NCBI GenBank assembly: GCA_008369845.1 | Contig: MRSU01000045.1 | Location: 1 to 42,441 of the forward strand | Direction: 5' to 3' | Length of the DNA: 42,441 nt | DNA from: Trichomonas gallinae | Taxonomy: Eukaryota | Shown: positions 42,209 to 42,441 of the stretch, piece after piece | Position numbering within the stretch: the stretch's first letter is position 1 | Layout of the letters: the number at the start of each line of letters is the position of its first letter | The notes under the pieces: generated by a model | Seen by the model: only the letters and a program-made list of their open reading frames with translations | Database searches by the model: none | What the model was told of the DNA's origin: nothing | Made by a program: the position numbers and the translations under genes

Positions 42209-42441
42209 AATTTTGTTACATAACAAAAATGCATTTATTTAATTTTAGCTTTTTTGAGAAATGTACTTCAACTGAAAATACGTTATTTTAGGACCCAAAA
42301 ATTTGGTCTCGGCGTAATACATGCGCTTCTTTTATGCTACACTTAGCCTTTAAACAAACGCTCAATTAACATACTACTACACAATCGCCCGTAGAATCTA
42401 TTCATAGTAAATTTATCAAAATCTTTGCATTTTAATCTCGA

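Noticed and set aside
1..42441. Maverick/Polinton, mariner or other transposon; tRNA/rRNA genes
   Set aside because: No integrase, transposase or polB ORF, long terminal inverted repeat, or recognisable structural RNA was seen by eye.

Overview
This is eukaryotic genomic DNA from a trichomonad (parabasalid), very likely Trichomonas vaginalis or a close relative. The evidence is mostly intronless genes with short, very AT-rich spacers, TCA(T/C)(T/A) initiator elements just upstream of several ATGs, and one intron with the trichomonad signature GTATGT...ACTAACACACAG. The window holds about 16 protein genes: the 3' end of a cytosolic Hsp70, a VPS9-like protein, an SCP/CTD-type HAD phosphatase, a Furry/Tao3-like HEAT scaffold, a P4-ATPase flippase, two LRR proteins, a spliced ~1603-aa acidic repeat protein, two candidate surface/membrane proteins, a non-RD kinase, a GT-C-like polytopic membrane protein, a USP7-like deubiquitinase, a coiled-coil protein, an AK7-like adenylate kinase and a short, possibly truncated ORF. 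There is also a BspA-type pseudogene. The most notable observations are: (1) a 72-nt spliceosomal intron that joins two separately called ORFs; (2) a recurrent, strand-oriented upstream motif TTTACRTGDCA, which forms two 4-copy arrays with ~20-bp phasing; (3) a degenerate ~90-120-bp tandem array with a ~200-210-bp higher-order structure in a divergent promoter region; (4) an unannotated GT-C-like enzyme candidate. All family assignments come from recognising motifs by eye; no database searches were run.
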